Shown here one piece after another: positions 10,979 through 22,300 of a stretch of 38,492 bases of DNA. Origin of the DNA: Emiliania huxleyi CCMP1516. Taxonomy: Eukaryota. Numbering within the stretch: position 1 is the first letter of the stretch; each line of letters starts with the position of its first letter. The stretch is from contig NW_005201249.1 in the NCBI RefSeq assembly GCF_000372725.1, positions 334,198 through 372,689 on the forward strand, given 5' to 3'. A model generated the notes under the pieces. The model did not search any database. It saw nothing but the letters and a program-made list of their open reading frames with translations, and had not been told where the DNA came from. The position numbers and the translations under genes were made by a program.

Positions 10979-11635
10979 ATGTGGGCCTCCGGGCCTGCTA
11001 CGGCGGCGCGGCCGGTTGAGGCCGGGCTCGGCCCGGCCCGCGACGGCTGGCCGCCGACGAGCGCGCTCGCGCTGCTCGTCAAGATGGCGGCGGTGGCGAT
11101 TGCGGCGACAAAAGTGCAGGCGTACAGCGCTCAGGCGCCTGTCGTCTGTCGTCTGTTGTCGCATTTCGCACACGCGCGCGCCGCGCGACCCGCGTCGCTC
11201 CGCGAGGGCATGAGCCTTCCGCGATTCGATCCCGCAGCCAAAAGCTGCTCGCTCGAACCGCGGCCGACTCCGCCATCGCGGCCGCAGCTGTTGAGCTCTC
11301 CAGAAGACTGGTGCCTCAAAGCGAGATCACCCGAGAGCAGCTGAGCCTGCCTCTGGCCTCGCCTCCCTCTCCTCCAGGCATTCGTGGGACGTGGCATCCT
11401 ATGGGTCGTCCAGAGTATCGACCTCTGGCTTGTCAGCCGCCCCACCGAGGGCACCATGAAGTACAGCGATCGCCACCTTGCTGGCCTCTCCGCAATTACC
11501 CCCGACCGCGTCGAACTCATCGGCGCGGGCTCTCTCGGCTACGGCCTACGGGACCGGCCCCAGCTTCGGCTGAGGGCGAACAAGCTGCCGAGCCCAAATC
11601 ACTGTGAGAGTCGTGATTTCTTGTTGGTTTCCTAA
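10979..11635 (+). CDS. Possible small spliced hypothetical protein
   Basis: Coding-like segment AFVGRGILWVVQSIDLWLVSRPTEGTMKYSDRHLAG follows a pyrimidine-rich CAG acceptor near 11377 and can be joined to ORF 10979..11344 by a GC donor. Structure uncertain. Confidence 0.25.
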
Positions 11636-12019
11636 AATCTCTCTCTCATCTGCGGGGCTTGGCGAGCGGCCGCGCTGCGGGGCAGGGCTGGTGAGAATGG
11701 GCTCTGGCCACTCGCCCGTGCGGGTGTAACCGCGCATCAGTCGGACAGAGGCCTCGAGCCCTCGACCGCCCCTCGCGGCAAGCTCTCTAGCATCTCGAGC
11801 AGCTCGCCCGCCGCCATCGCCGCCTCGAACTGCTCCCTCATGCCGAGCGCGCCGCAGACCCTACGTACCGCCTCTTGCTGCACCTCGTCATGGAGGTTGC
11901 ATCGCTTGTTTATTTCTCTCTTTTTTGGGGGGGGGGGGCGACCGAGTTTCGTTTCGACCGAGTTTCCCTCCTTTCCTGGCCGACCAAGGACCCGACGCAG
12001 CCCGACTATATCCAAACGT

Positions 12020-13103
12020 ATGCCGCGCATCGCTCGCCTCGTCGCCGTCGCCGGCCTCGCCCTGGTTGGCTCTGCGCCCGTCCCGGAGGAGCAGCCCATC
12101 GCCGCTGCCGCTGCCGTCCAAGCTGCCGCCACAGCCGCTCCTGACGAGAAGATCTTCCCCATCGCCGCCGCCGGCATCGCCATCGCCTCGCAGCTTCCCG
12201 AAGAGCAGCAGCAGGCCATCCTCGACTTTATCGACCCGGCTAAGGTCAACCCGGAGACCGTGTCGGACCTGATCTCGCTCGTCACTCCAACGGAAGCGGA
12301 GAGCGACATCCGCGACGCTGTCAACGACCTCCACGGCCTGCTCGTTCTCATGCACAGCCATGGCTTCGTCGCCCCGGGCGAGGGAGCGTGGGCGGCCGGC
12401 CTCGCCGACACGCTCACCCAGTCTGTGAAATGGTTCGAGGATCACGTCGAGACGCACGTCGAGAGCGAGCTCATCAAACCCGCAGAGGCTGCCCTCGCTG
12501 ACGCCGGGCTCGAGGTCGAGCTCACAGGCATTGTGCCGGCCGTCAAGGACCAGTTCAAAATGCTCACCGAGCTGCTCCTAACCGCCTCGACGCTCCTGAA
12601 GGGCGAGCTTCCGACGCACGAGCAGGTCAGCGCGCTCATCATCTCGTCAGGCTTCGTGCCTGACGAGGCGACCAAGGACATCAAGGAGGCGGTGGAGGAC
12701 CTGCACGAGCTGCTGACCGAGCTGGTGTCCAGCGGCTTCGTGCCTCCGGGTGACGGGGCCTGGGCGGCGGGCCTGTCCGACGCCATCACCAAGGGGCTGG
12801 ACTGGTCTGACACCCTAGATGCTGAACCTAGACCCCTCAACTCCCGAGAAGGCCGCCGAACTTGAGCACTTGAGCACGAGATGGGGTCGATTCCGCCGGA
12901 CTCACGCCCCGACTTTATGACGCAGGTTCGACGCCCACGTCAAGGACGAGCTCACCGAGCAGCTCATCGACCCCGCCTCGGCGGAGCTCGAGCTCGACCT
13001 TTCCGGCCTCGTCCCCGCGATCGAGTCGCAGTTCGCCACGATTGCAGAGATGCTCTCTGCCTTTGCGAGCATGGCCGCGCCGGCAGCGGACCCGCAGGCG
13101 TGA
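12020..13103 (+). CDS. Secreted acidic helical protein with two ~105-aa internal repeats (2 exons), function unknown
   Basis: Signal peptide MPRIARLVAVAGLALVGSA. GT-AG intron 12805-12925 restores the second repeat. Repeat core DI..AV.DLH.LL....S.GFV.PG.GAWAAGL.D..T....WF..HV occurs twice. Confidence 0.75.
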
Positions 13104-13595
13104 GGAGCGCGAATGCGCGCCGCCTCTCTTGGCACGACGAACGTATTTGCCTTCAAGCTTGCCACCGAGCTGACGAGCGAGTAGGCTGGGGACGTGGCCT
13201 GAGTGGCGTAGTGCCGTACGCTCACTCGGGATGTGTGGCAGCCCAGCTGGTGCCAGTTGTGGTCGTGGTGGCCAGCGAACTTGAAAAGCTATGAGTGCAT
13301 GACTCGAGCGTGTGGCCGGTCCAGTCGGTGTTTAAAGTGGCCCTTTGCATGTGTACAGTACTCCTTAGTTGTCGGTCTAAAGACACAAACGACGACCAAG
13401 GACCCCAATAAATACGGGCGACCCGGGACTGCGGCACTCTTGGCTCACAATCCTGCGCACCGGCATGCCGCGTCATAAATAGCTCCGCCGCTTCGATAGG
13501 TTACATGCCACTCGGCGAGCAGCCACCGTGCGCATTTCCAAACGCTAGCGCCCCTGACGCCTCACGCCACCTACGGCTCTCTGGGCGGCCACCTT

Positions 13596-13909
13596 TCAGG
13601 CGACACTGCTCGTCTTGAAGCCCGCCACGGCACCATCAGCCAGGACCACCATCAACCTTGGCGGGCCGGGGAGGGGGGGGGGGGGGCGACGCTGGTCAGT
13701 TTGTGTGATATAGCGCCGCCTCCATCCTTCAATCTAGCACTGGTCTATCTCAATGTGGCACATCTGGGCGCTTGCAACCCTCCCGCTCTCCGGTCGACTC
13801 GCATGACGATGGCTGTTTGGTTGTATCTCTCGTGTGCCGGGTTGATGATCCGCACGATGTCGCCGCGCTTGAAGGACCGCGAGGCGCACGCCAGGCACGT
13901 TTCCTCCAT
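13596..13909 (-). CDS. Possible small KOW/SH3-like barrel protein or 3' exons of one
   Basis: FKRGDIVRIINPAHERYNQTAIVMRVDRRAGG can be spliced (GT donor, poly-C tract, AAG acceptor near 13657) to LMVVLADGAVAGFKTSSVA*. Confidence 0.3.
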
Positions 13910-14588
13910 CCCCTGCGGGGCCGGGCTCGGTGCCCCCCCCCGCGGCTGTGGCAATGCGACTCTCCTGATCGACGGACGCGCGAATTGGAGATTCGATAGT
14001 TCGGGACAGATATTCATCGGGCTAATCGCGGGCTAATGAGTAGCAGGCGAAGGGGGGAATCGAAAGGGGGGAAGGTTGCGACGCCGGGTCGGTGCGTGCG
14101 TGTCGGTCAACACATTCATTGCGAGTCGTCGTGCACGGCCAACAAACAACACGATGATCACGGCCTCCATCCATCGCGTTGTGGACTGCAATGCTCATCA
14201 GCCATGGAGGTCGTGGCGAGGCGAATTCACCTTCGATCGAAAGGTTCCTCTTTACCCGCTTTCTTCCTTTGCCCCCCGGGGGGCCACTGACTGCTGAGGA
14301 GCTGAGCGTCCATCCCCAGGCAGATCAAACGAGATTTTCTTTTCTTCCATTGGGATTCGGCCGGGGGGGGCCCAGCCGACCCGCTGTGAACCTCGCGGGG
14401 GCTCGGGTCTTGCTCACGCTGCTCCTCCCTGGGACTCTTCCCACAGGAGCAGGTGTGAAGCGGCTGCGGCAAAGCAGGGTTCCAACTTTTTCCGGGGTAT
14501 GGTATGGTACGCTCGGCGGCGGGGGGGGGGGGGGTATGGTAGCCCTGTCCGGACGTTTTTTTTGCGGTATCTTGATGTATCTCTGCAA

Positions 14589-14784
14589 TATCTGACCGTA
14601 TCTCCCCGTATCTCCTTGCATCTCCTCGCATCTCCCCGTATCTCCCCGTATCTGCCCGTATCTGCCCGTATCCGCCCGTATCTCGTATCTCCCGGTATCT
14701 CCCGGTATCTCCCGGTATCTCCCGGTATCCCGCCATATCCCGCCATATCCCGCCATATCCCGCCATATCCCGCCATATCCCGCC
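14589..14784. repeat. ~10-bp tandem array (TATCTCCCCG / TATCTCCCGG / TATCCCGCCA), about 19 units
   Basis: Directly visible, and flanked by inverted repeats 14551-14571/14788-14810 and 14531-14542/14849-14860. Confidence 0.9.
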
Positions 14785-14899
14785 GCGGATACCGCGAAAA
14801 AAAACCGTCCACACCAGGGATTATGGTCCTGACCGCCCAAGGCTAGCCCTACCATACCCCAAGCAGGTCTTCCAAGAGGCGGGGGGGAATGGTCTCGAG

Positions 14900-15741
14900 G
14901 TAGGTAGGTAGGTAGAAAGGTGAAGAACAGCCAGGCTCGGACTGGACACCAACGCGGTATGGGTGGACGCTAGACAGATGATGACGGCACGCACGAGCGA
15001 CACACAGACACAAACAAGCTCACAAGACACACAGCCAGCGGGCTGCCACACACCCTGAGTCGGCTTACACATAACTCAAGGCCATATCCTCCCTGTCGCC
15101 CCCCCCAGCACTCCACGGTGCCAAGAGTACAAACAAGGGCACAACGACACAACAGACGACAGGAAGTGACATGCGAGGCTAGAGCAGGCGTGCTCTACCT
15201 CCAGCAATCTCTCCGGCCGGCGAGGCACGGACGAGACCGTGTGTGGGGTCTAGTGAGGTGTCTATGGACGCCCTCCTCAGAGGCTAGCTGCCTGCGGCTA
15301 GCCCTAATCTTGCACTCACAGGCGATGACAATCCAATGTATGAGTGTATGCGAGCAGAGGCGCGTGTGCTAAATCTAGGCCGCACGTCGTGGCACTATGA
15401 CGAAGTTAGACGTGCGACCGCAGCGCGCCCGCCGCAGGCTCGGCGGTGCGCGCGTGTTAGCGAGAAACACGCGTTCGCCCCTGTCGTCTGTTGTGTTGTT
15501 GTGCCCTTGTTTGTTCCTTTTGGCACCTTGGAGTGCTGGGGGGGGCGACAGGAAGAATGTGGCCCCGAGTTATGTGTACGCCAACTCATGGTGTGTGGCA
15601 GCCACGCTGGCTGTGTGTCTTGTGAGCTTGTTTGTGTCTGTGTGTCGCTCGTGCGTGTCGTCATCATCTGTCTCGCGTCCACCCATACCGCGTTGGTGTC
15701 CAGTCCGAGCCTGACTGTTCTTCACCTTTCTACATACATAC
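14900..15741. mobile_element. Foldback element with ~250-bp inverted arms and ~320-bp spacer
   Basis: About 14912-15162 is a highly similar but non-identical reverse complement of about 15480-15733. Outer ends are (GTAG)n and (CATA)n. Confidence 0.7.
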
Positions 15742-16113
15742 GAAAGAGAGAGCGCGATGACTGCTGGCGTACTTACCTCTTACGTACACCGGGAAGTCAA
15801 CAGTGTCGCTCCCTACACAGCACCCTGCGCGCTGTCCACACTGCTCAATGGTGCCTAGGTTTGTAGGTAGCGGAGAGCGAGCAGGGCGTGGGGCGCTGCC
15901 CTCACTCATGCCCGCTCAGCCATGGCGGGGCAGCACGCACCGCCGCTGCAGCCTCCGCCGCCGCCGCCGTAGCCTCCACCCTCGCCGCCTGCTCTGCTGC
16001 GCGCGCCTGCCGCATCGCCTCCCTCTGCTCGCTCGCGGATGGCGGCGGCTCGGAGAGCAGCGAGTTAGCCACGGCGTCGGCAGTGTCCGCCGGGGTCGAA
16101 GCCGTCCTCCTCC

Positions 16114-16941
16114 TCATAGCTGCTGGCCTCGGACGGCCCTGCTGCGCATTGCGGCGGCGATTGCTGCGGTTGCGGCTCGAGCAGGCGGATGGTCCCACAG
16201 GTGCCGCGCACGCGCCAGCGCCGCCTCCTCGGCGGTGACGAAGTAGCCGAGGAAGAACCGCTTGCCGCCAACCCACACCCGCAGCTGGTACTTCTTGCTG
16301 CCTTGCTTCGGGCAGAAGCTCACGCCTTTGTAGCCTGTGCTGCTGCTGCTGCTGGCGACCAGAGTCATGCCCTCCCTCTCCGCCTGCCGGACTGCCTCGG
16401 CGCCAGCAGCAGAGGAAGGCACGGGTGGCGGCGGCGGCGCGATGAGATCGCTGGTGTCCCTGCCCGCCTCCCAGCGGGCGTAGAAGAGCGCGGCCTGCTC
16501 GGCGGTGGCGAAAAGGCCGAGGAAGACTTTCTTGCCGCCAGCTTTCACCCTCAGCAGGTACTTCTTGCTGCCGTGCTGCTTCGGGTGGTAGCAGACGCCT
16601 TTGTAGCCTGTGCTGCTGCCGCTGGCGACCAGAGTCAGGCCCTCCCTCTCCGCCTGCCGGACTGCCTCGGCGCCAGCGGCAGTGGGAGCAGAGCGGGTCT
16701 GCAGCAGCTTGGCGGCGTCGGCGCGGCCGTACTCTGAGCGAGCGTAGGCGGAGGCCGCCTCTTCGGCGGTGGCGAAGGAGCCGAGGTGGACTTGCTTGCC
16801 GCCATCCTTCACCTGCGCCACAAACTTCTTTTTGCTGCGGTCGTAGGTCACGTTCTTGTAGCCAGTCGTGTTCCTCTTGGTGATCAACACGAGGCGCTCG
16901 GAAGCCTGTGGCCCGCGACGAGTTCGCGCGAGCGGCGCCAT
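16114..16941 (-). CDS. Triple AP2 DNA-binding domain protein (intronless)
   Basis: Three domains: TGYKNV...VHLGSFATAEEAASAYAR, TGYKGV...FLGLFATAEQAALFYAR and TGYKGV...FLGYFVTAEEAALARAR. Domains 2 and 3 are each preceded by AEAVRQAEREG.TL. ATG at 16941 follows a T-rich tract. Confidence 0.85.
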   Translation of the reverse strand: MAPLARTRRGPQASERLVLITKRNTTGYKNVTYDRSKKKFVAQVKDGGKQVHLGSFATAEEAASAYARSEYGRADAAKLLQTRSAPTAAGAEAVRQAEREGLTLVASGSSTGYKGVCYHPKQHGSKKYLLRVKAGGKKVFLGLFATAEQAALFYARWEAGRDTSDLIAPPPPPVPSSAAGAEAVRQAEREGMTLVASSSSSTGYKGVSFCPKQGSKKYQLRVWVGGKRFFLGYFVTAEEAALARARHLWDHPPARAATAAIAAAMRSRAVRGQQL

Positions 16942-17119
16942 GGTCAAAATGAAAAGAATTTGAGTTGTGCGCGCAGGTCGGCGTGGACGGGGCGAGGAAC
17001 GCGCCGAGCGGGGCGCCGCCTCACCGGCCCAAGTTGCGGGTGGAGCCATGCCCGAGGTGGGTGCCGGAGACACCATACCACACCACCGAAAAGTTGGAAC
17101 CCACGCATCCCGCAGTGAT

Positions 17120-17578
17120 ATGCTGTCGGTCTGGGCTTGCGCAATCACGGGCTACTCGGCTGTGATGAGCACGCCGGGCTGCCGTGCCTGCGCGTGGATG
17201 AGTACGCCGGGCAGCCGTGCCTGCGCGCGGATGAGCACGCCGGGAGAGCGCGCCGACCTGGGCGAGGACGGGCTCGCCGGGGCACAGTGGTCCCGAGCCA
17301 AATGGGCAACGGAGAGAGAGACGACCGATGACGGGGCGTGCTACATTGTCGAGGACGAGGACGCCCCGGATCCGTCCAAGCAGTGGTTCTTCTGCTCCGA
17401 CCCGGCAGAGGACGACAGCATGCAGTGCGAGCTCGTGCCGGAGTGGATGGGAACAGCGCCTGACGGAGGGTGAGGGAGCGCACAGTCGCCCAAGCCACGC
17501 ACGCATTTTCACTCCCGCATTGTTTGCGTGCCCAGGCACGCGGTCTGGCTCTGCTCGAAGCCAAAGGTGACGAAGTAG
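17120..17578 (+). CDS. Small Cys/Trp/acidic protein with probable targeting leader (2 exons), function unknown
   Basis: MLSVWACAITG leader with an 11-aa repeat. Mature part GACYIVEDEDAPDPSKQWFFCSDPAEDDSMQCELVPEW; GT-AG intron 17470-17535; ends HAVWLCSKPKVTK*. Confidence 0.65.
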
Positions 17579-18118
17579 CCCCGCAGTCTCCTCCCGGAGC
17601 GCGCAGGTTGCAGTCGCTTGCCCTTGGCAAGCCGAGCTCTGTCGCGGTCCTGCGAGATCGCGCCTTGGCGCCGGATGGCCCTGGGCGAGCGTGTACGTTG
17701 TCGGTGTGTGAGAGCGCGAGCGTACATCTCCCTTCCCATGAGTACCGCCACACATGTCTCCGTCCGCATGTTCGATGTTGAGAGCGTGCGCTGCGCGTCC
17801 CTCTGCCTCTCTCGCTCTGTCTCTGCGCGTAGGTACTCATGCACAACTCGCTGCGGTGCCTCTCTCAGAGGGATTCGCCGTACAAAAACGAATACAAATG
17901 GAAGCGAGCGCGCACACGGGTCACGGCGTCTCGGCGCTCCGCTGGCGGTGGCGCTGCCCGCTGCGCCACCACCGGTGCACAGCGGGCCAGCCGCGCGCGC
18001 CCAAGAGTTGAGGCCCAGAGCGTGCAGGTCGGTATTATGGGATTTTTGAGGTCAGGACTCACCGCGCGCGCGGACACGACTGCCCGGCGGCGGCGCGTTA
18101 TCTAATATCAAACTCGTG

Positions 18119-19001
18119 TCAGTCATCCGGCTGCGGCGTCACGCTGCGGATCGCCATCGCGGTGGATCTGCTGCGCGCCCCAACAAGCGACTGGGGCAGC
18201 TGCGGCGGAGGCTCGTCGGGACGGGGAGGCAGAGGGGCGAGGCCGGGCAGGGGGGGAGAGGAGGGTGCCCTCAGATCCTCGGTGAGGGCGGCCACCAGCT
18301 GGCGCACGCCGTCCAGCGAGAAGTGAGACATCGAAGTGGAGCCGTCGGAGATGTCCACCGTGACGACAGGCGGGAGGGCGGAGGGCTCACTTCCTAGCGG
18401 GTCGATCTCCGACGCCGCCTGAGATGGCAAGCGCGCCACGCTGCAACTGAGCCACACTAGCTGTGTGTCTGTGCAACGGTACACGCCGACTCTCGGAGCG
18501 GCTAGCGGAGCGGCGCACACCCGTCTTAGCTCCTCCACTTGCTCGCCTCGCACAGAGAGCATCCGTCCCGACACTTCGATCTGGATGCTCGCCTGCTCGC
18601 GGAGGAGGCAGGCCTGTCAGGAGACACCACACGCAGCACGGGCCGGCCCGAGGAGGCATAATGCGCGCCGCGCGCGAGCGACGCCCGAGCGGCCGAAGCA
18701 TCATATTGTCCACAGCAACCTCACTGGTGGCGTCTGCAAGACCGCCGCGGCCGCCTGCTTCCCAACTCGGGTCGTCGGACCTCAGGTCGCATGCCGTCCC
18801 GTCGTTGGACCTTTCCTTGGACAGCAGCGACCTGAGCCCCGCCGACACGGCGCAGAGCGCGCAGGCAAGCGCGGCCAACGCTCCCGCCGCGTAGGCCAAG
18901 ATCTCTGCTTCTCGGGATTGAGCAGATTCTCTGGCCAACTGTAGCAGCCACGAAGGGGGCGGCGAGACGTTCTCATCCTCCCCCGGGGGCTCGAAGATCA
19001 T
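18119..19001 (-). CDS. Hypothetical single-pass membrane protein (probably spliced)
   Basis: ORF 18387..19001 has a TM segment (ILAYAAGALAALACALCAV). ORF 18119..18574 gives a coding-like C-terminus (VVTVDISDGSTSMSHFSLDGVRQLVAALTEDL). Junctions unresolved. Confidence 0.4.
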
Positions 19002-19331
19002 CCTCGAACGAAGCCCTATGTCGCGCGATCCGAGTGGGGCGCGACGCTGTTCACAGCCTTGTTATGAGAAGAAAATACGTCGTATGCGCTATGCGCTGGT
19101 CTGTGAGAGGTTGAGGTGCGAGCCCTGGAGAGGCCCTGGGGATGGGGGGAGACTACCCGCGGGCCTAGAAGGCCCGCGCGCAGGGGGGTGGGTTCACACA
19201 CACGCTCTCTGGTTTGCGTTTGGGCGTGTGTGTGTTTGTTGGTTTGGCGCGGGCCGATTTGGCGGCGGCGGGTTGATGTCGTGGCGTCTCTCCCCCATTT
19301 TGCTCGAGAAGAAAATTCAATAGCACTTCCC

Positions 19332-22300
19332 TCACATCACCGCGCAGCCTCTGCTCCCCTTCTCGTCTCTCACCGCGGCCGGCACGTCCGGCTTCACGCC
19401 GAGCTGCTGCAGCTGCGAACGCAGCACCTGCACGCGCGCGGGCAGTAGACGGGTCAGAGTGGAGCTCGTTATCTCCGCAGGGTGCCAACATTTGTGCCTT
19501 TGTCTCGGCGTTGGCCTGCTTGAGCGCGGCCAGATACTGGTCGTACTGCTCTTTGGCGTGCGCCTGCACCTGGTTGGCGTATGCCGCCAGCTCCGCCTGC
19601 GAGATCTGGCCGTCGCCGTCCAAGTCCGCGGCCGCAAAGACGTCGCCCGCTGCGCCGCCGCCTGCGCCGCCGCGGCCGCCTGCTGCTGCTGCGCCGCCGC
19701 CAGCGATCAGCGCGGGCGAGACGCCTCCCCGCCGGAGCAGCTCCTGCTCCTTGCGCACAAGGGCGGCGTACTTCTGCTCGAGGGTGTCGAGCTTGTCGAG
19801 TACGCGGCTCAGGCCAGTCGGGTTGCCGCACTGGACGCATTCGGCACCGCAGCGCGGCTTCACCTTCTCGAACTTGTGCTCGTAGTCGGTGTAGAGGGTG
19901 AGCGCGTACTTGTGTTGCACGCCCGGCCGGTCGGTGTAGGGGATGACGATGTATTTACTCCCCTCGTCCGGCTCCAGCTGGCCTAGCTCGAGCCACTGCC
20001 CGTCGCCCCGCCTCAGCTCCGCCGTCTGCAGCACCTGCGGCGGCGCGGGCCCGTCCAGCTTGATGTGGTCCCCCTCGCCTAAGCCATGCCGTGGACATGT
20101 CATGGACAGTCAGGACGCAAACGCTTCACGCCCCCCCTCTCGCCCTTGCAGACGACGAAGCCGACGGTGGGGTAGTCTGGCTCCGTCTGCAGCCCGGCAA
20201 CGTCGCGCATGTCCGTCTTGACATCGTGCAGCTCAAGGAAGAGGAAGCAGCGCGTCTTGTGCGGCAGCGTGATTTGGAACTGGCAATTCTTGGACCACTC
20301 GTCGACCGATCCTGTGAGCGGCCCACCGGCGCAATCCTCGTCTCCGAGCTGATTGCCCGGGCCGCCCGTCGACCACGCGTCGAGCAGCGTCGTCCGCCGC
20401 CAGTCCTCCTCGGGCTTGACCTCGGAGAAGCCAAAGTCGGGGATCCCTACTCAGGGTGGCAGTTGTGTGAGGAGACGCTGCCCGCGCACGGACGCTGGAA
20501 AGTGGCCGGAGGATGCCGTCGTCGTCGCGGTCGTCGGACAGGAGCGTGAGCTTGAAGAGCGACTCGCGGCCCGGCTCGAAGAGGAAGGGCATCAGGATGT
20601 AGGGCGTCTCGGATGACTTCTCAAAGGTGTACTCGACGGTCACCTGAGCGGTGGGCGGGTCCGCATCGCCATCGATAGGAAATGCGGCGGGCGTCTCCTT
20701 TGGCTCTGGAATGGCACCTGCCGCGAGAAGCGCGGCTCCTTGCAAAAGACAAAATCGCCGCCGTCCTCCTCGTCGCCATCCTTGAGCACGAGCTTTCGCC
20801 GCTTGTGGTCCGTGGGGTCCTCGTTGCCGCGAAAGATGTAGAAGCCTGTGGACAGCATGTGTGGGCGTCGGACGCGTCCCGGCCCCGCAAGCCGCCGATG
20901 CATGAAAATGATGGGAGCCGATGGCATTCGAATAGTGCCGGCCGTGGCCCGCCGACTTGCGCGCATCGGGCTGCGTGAGCTTGATGACGAGCTTGGTCTT
21001 TGGGCGCGTGATGTTGAGGATCCACTGGTTGTTGTTGCGCCATGAGATGAAGTTGGTGCAGCCGCCCGCCTGCGGAATGTGGCATGAGACACGTCTTATC
21101 GACGCGAGTAGAGGCTTGGGGCGGAGCCGCTGCGGCCGAATATGGCGCTGAAGGCGGAGCCATAGGTGGTCGCGGGATGGCTCGGACCGTCTCATCCATC
21201 CAGCGCGACTTGACGGCGAAGCGCGTCCAGAGGTCGTCGAGCATGCGGCACATGTACACCTTGGTGAAGTGCTTGCAAAAGTCGGCATACTCGATCCAGA
21301 AGGTGCCGTCGCTCGACGACTTGGAGAAGTGCAGCATCTGGCGCAGCCGCGAGTTCCACGCCGCAGAGTCGTCGGACCACTTGCCGTTCCACTCGGTCGC
21401 CTCCCCCGACTCGTCGAGCGGGATGCGCAGCCGCATGAGCTTGTTGTCCTCAAAGTCGCCCCCCGTCACCATGCAGTAGGTGCGGTTGACGAGGATCCCC
21501 TTCTTCTCGGTCTGCGGCCGCGGCTCGCCCTTGGTGGAGCAAGTGCAGCCCACCACGTGTTCCGTCTTCATCTTCTCCATCACCTCGTCCCACAGTCGCT
21601 CCGGGACCTCGCCCTTCGGGATCCACTGCTTTACGCCGCCTCGGTCCGCCTCATCCCGCGTGAGGTCGAACTTGTACCCAATGCCGCCCGTCAAGTCCTC
21701 GAGGCCCTGCGTCACCTATGGACGTGTGTGTCGTGGACGCGTGTCTGGACACGTGTCCCTCCCTGTCAACTCCTCGAGGCCCCGCTTCACCGTGCCGCCC
21801 TGCATCGCCTCGTAGCTGCCCGAGTACTTTGCAAACACCTTCTCCATGATCATCACCCAATACACTGACGGGTCCACGTTGCGTGCGAAGGCCGGCTTGC
21901 CGTCGGCCGTGCACGGGATGCGGTCGTCCACCAGAATCACCTGATAGCCGATGCGAGAGCCGTGACGCGACTACTAGACGCGTGGCGCGCGACTGCTTGG
22001 GGACCGCCTGCCAGTCGTCGTCAGAAAGTGGGTCGTCACGGTAAATCTTACAAACAAAGAAGCCCTTGTCCGCGTGCAGCTCCGACTCTCCAAAGAAGAA
22101 GCGGTCGAGCTGTTCGCGGTTGCCTATTGTTGACTCAGCGGCAGGTGACGATCCGATCTCTAGATAGCAGCGGCTGGATGATTGCGGTCGCCAGAGACGA
22201 TGTTGATCGCGGAGAGAAGCCAGCGATTGTCGATGCCCGGGCCCTGGATCACATTCTCCACCTCCCAGTCGTTCTTGAAGAGCTTGGGCGTGTCGGTCCA

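Larger units (their letters stand above)
14477..17102. mobile_element. Putative composite non-autonomous TIR element carrying the AP2 gene
   Basis: gggttccaactttttccggggtatggtatggt (14477-) versus the reverse complement of 17072-17102 matches 28 of 32 with one gap. No matching TSD. Confidence 0.45.

Noticed and set aside
11737..11890. Minus-strand coding-like stretch DEVQQEAVRRVCGALGMREQFEAAM
   Set aside because: No convincing start or acceptor; too short to call.
14227..14855. ORFs with GGIWRDMAGY / GRYREI repeats
   Set aside because: Translation of the 10-mer tandem array.
15902..16276. Ala-rich ORF as frameshifted continuation of the AP2 protein
   Set aside because: Possible, but no splice or frameshift signal supports it.
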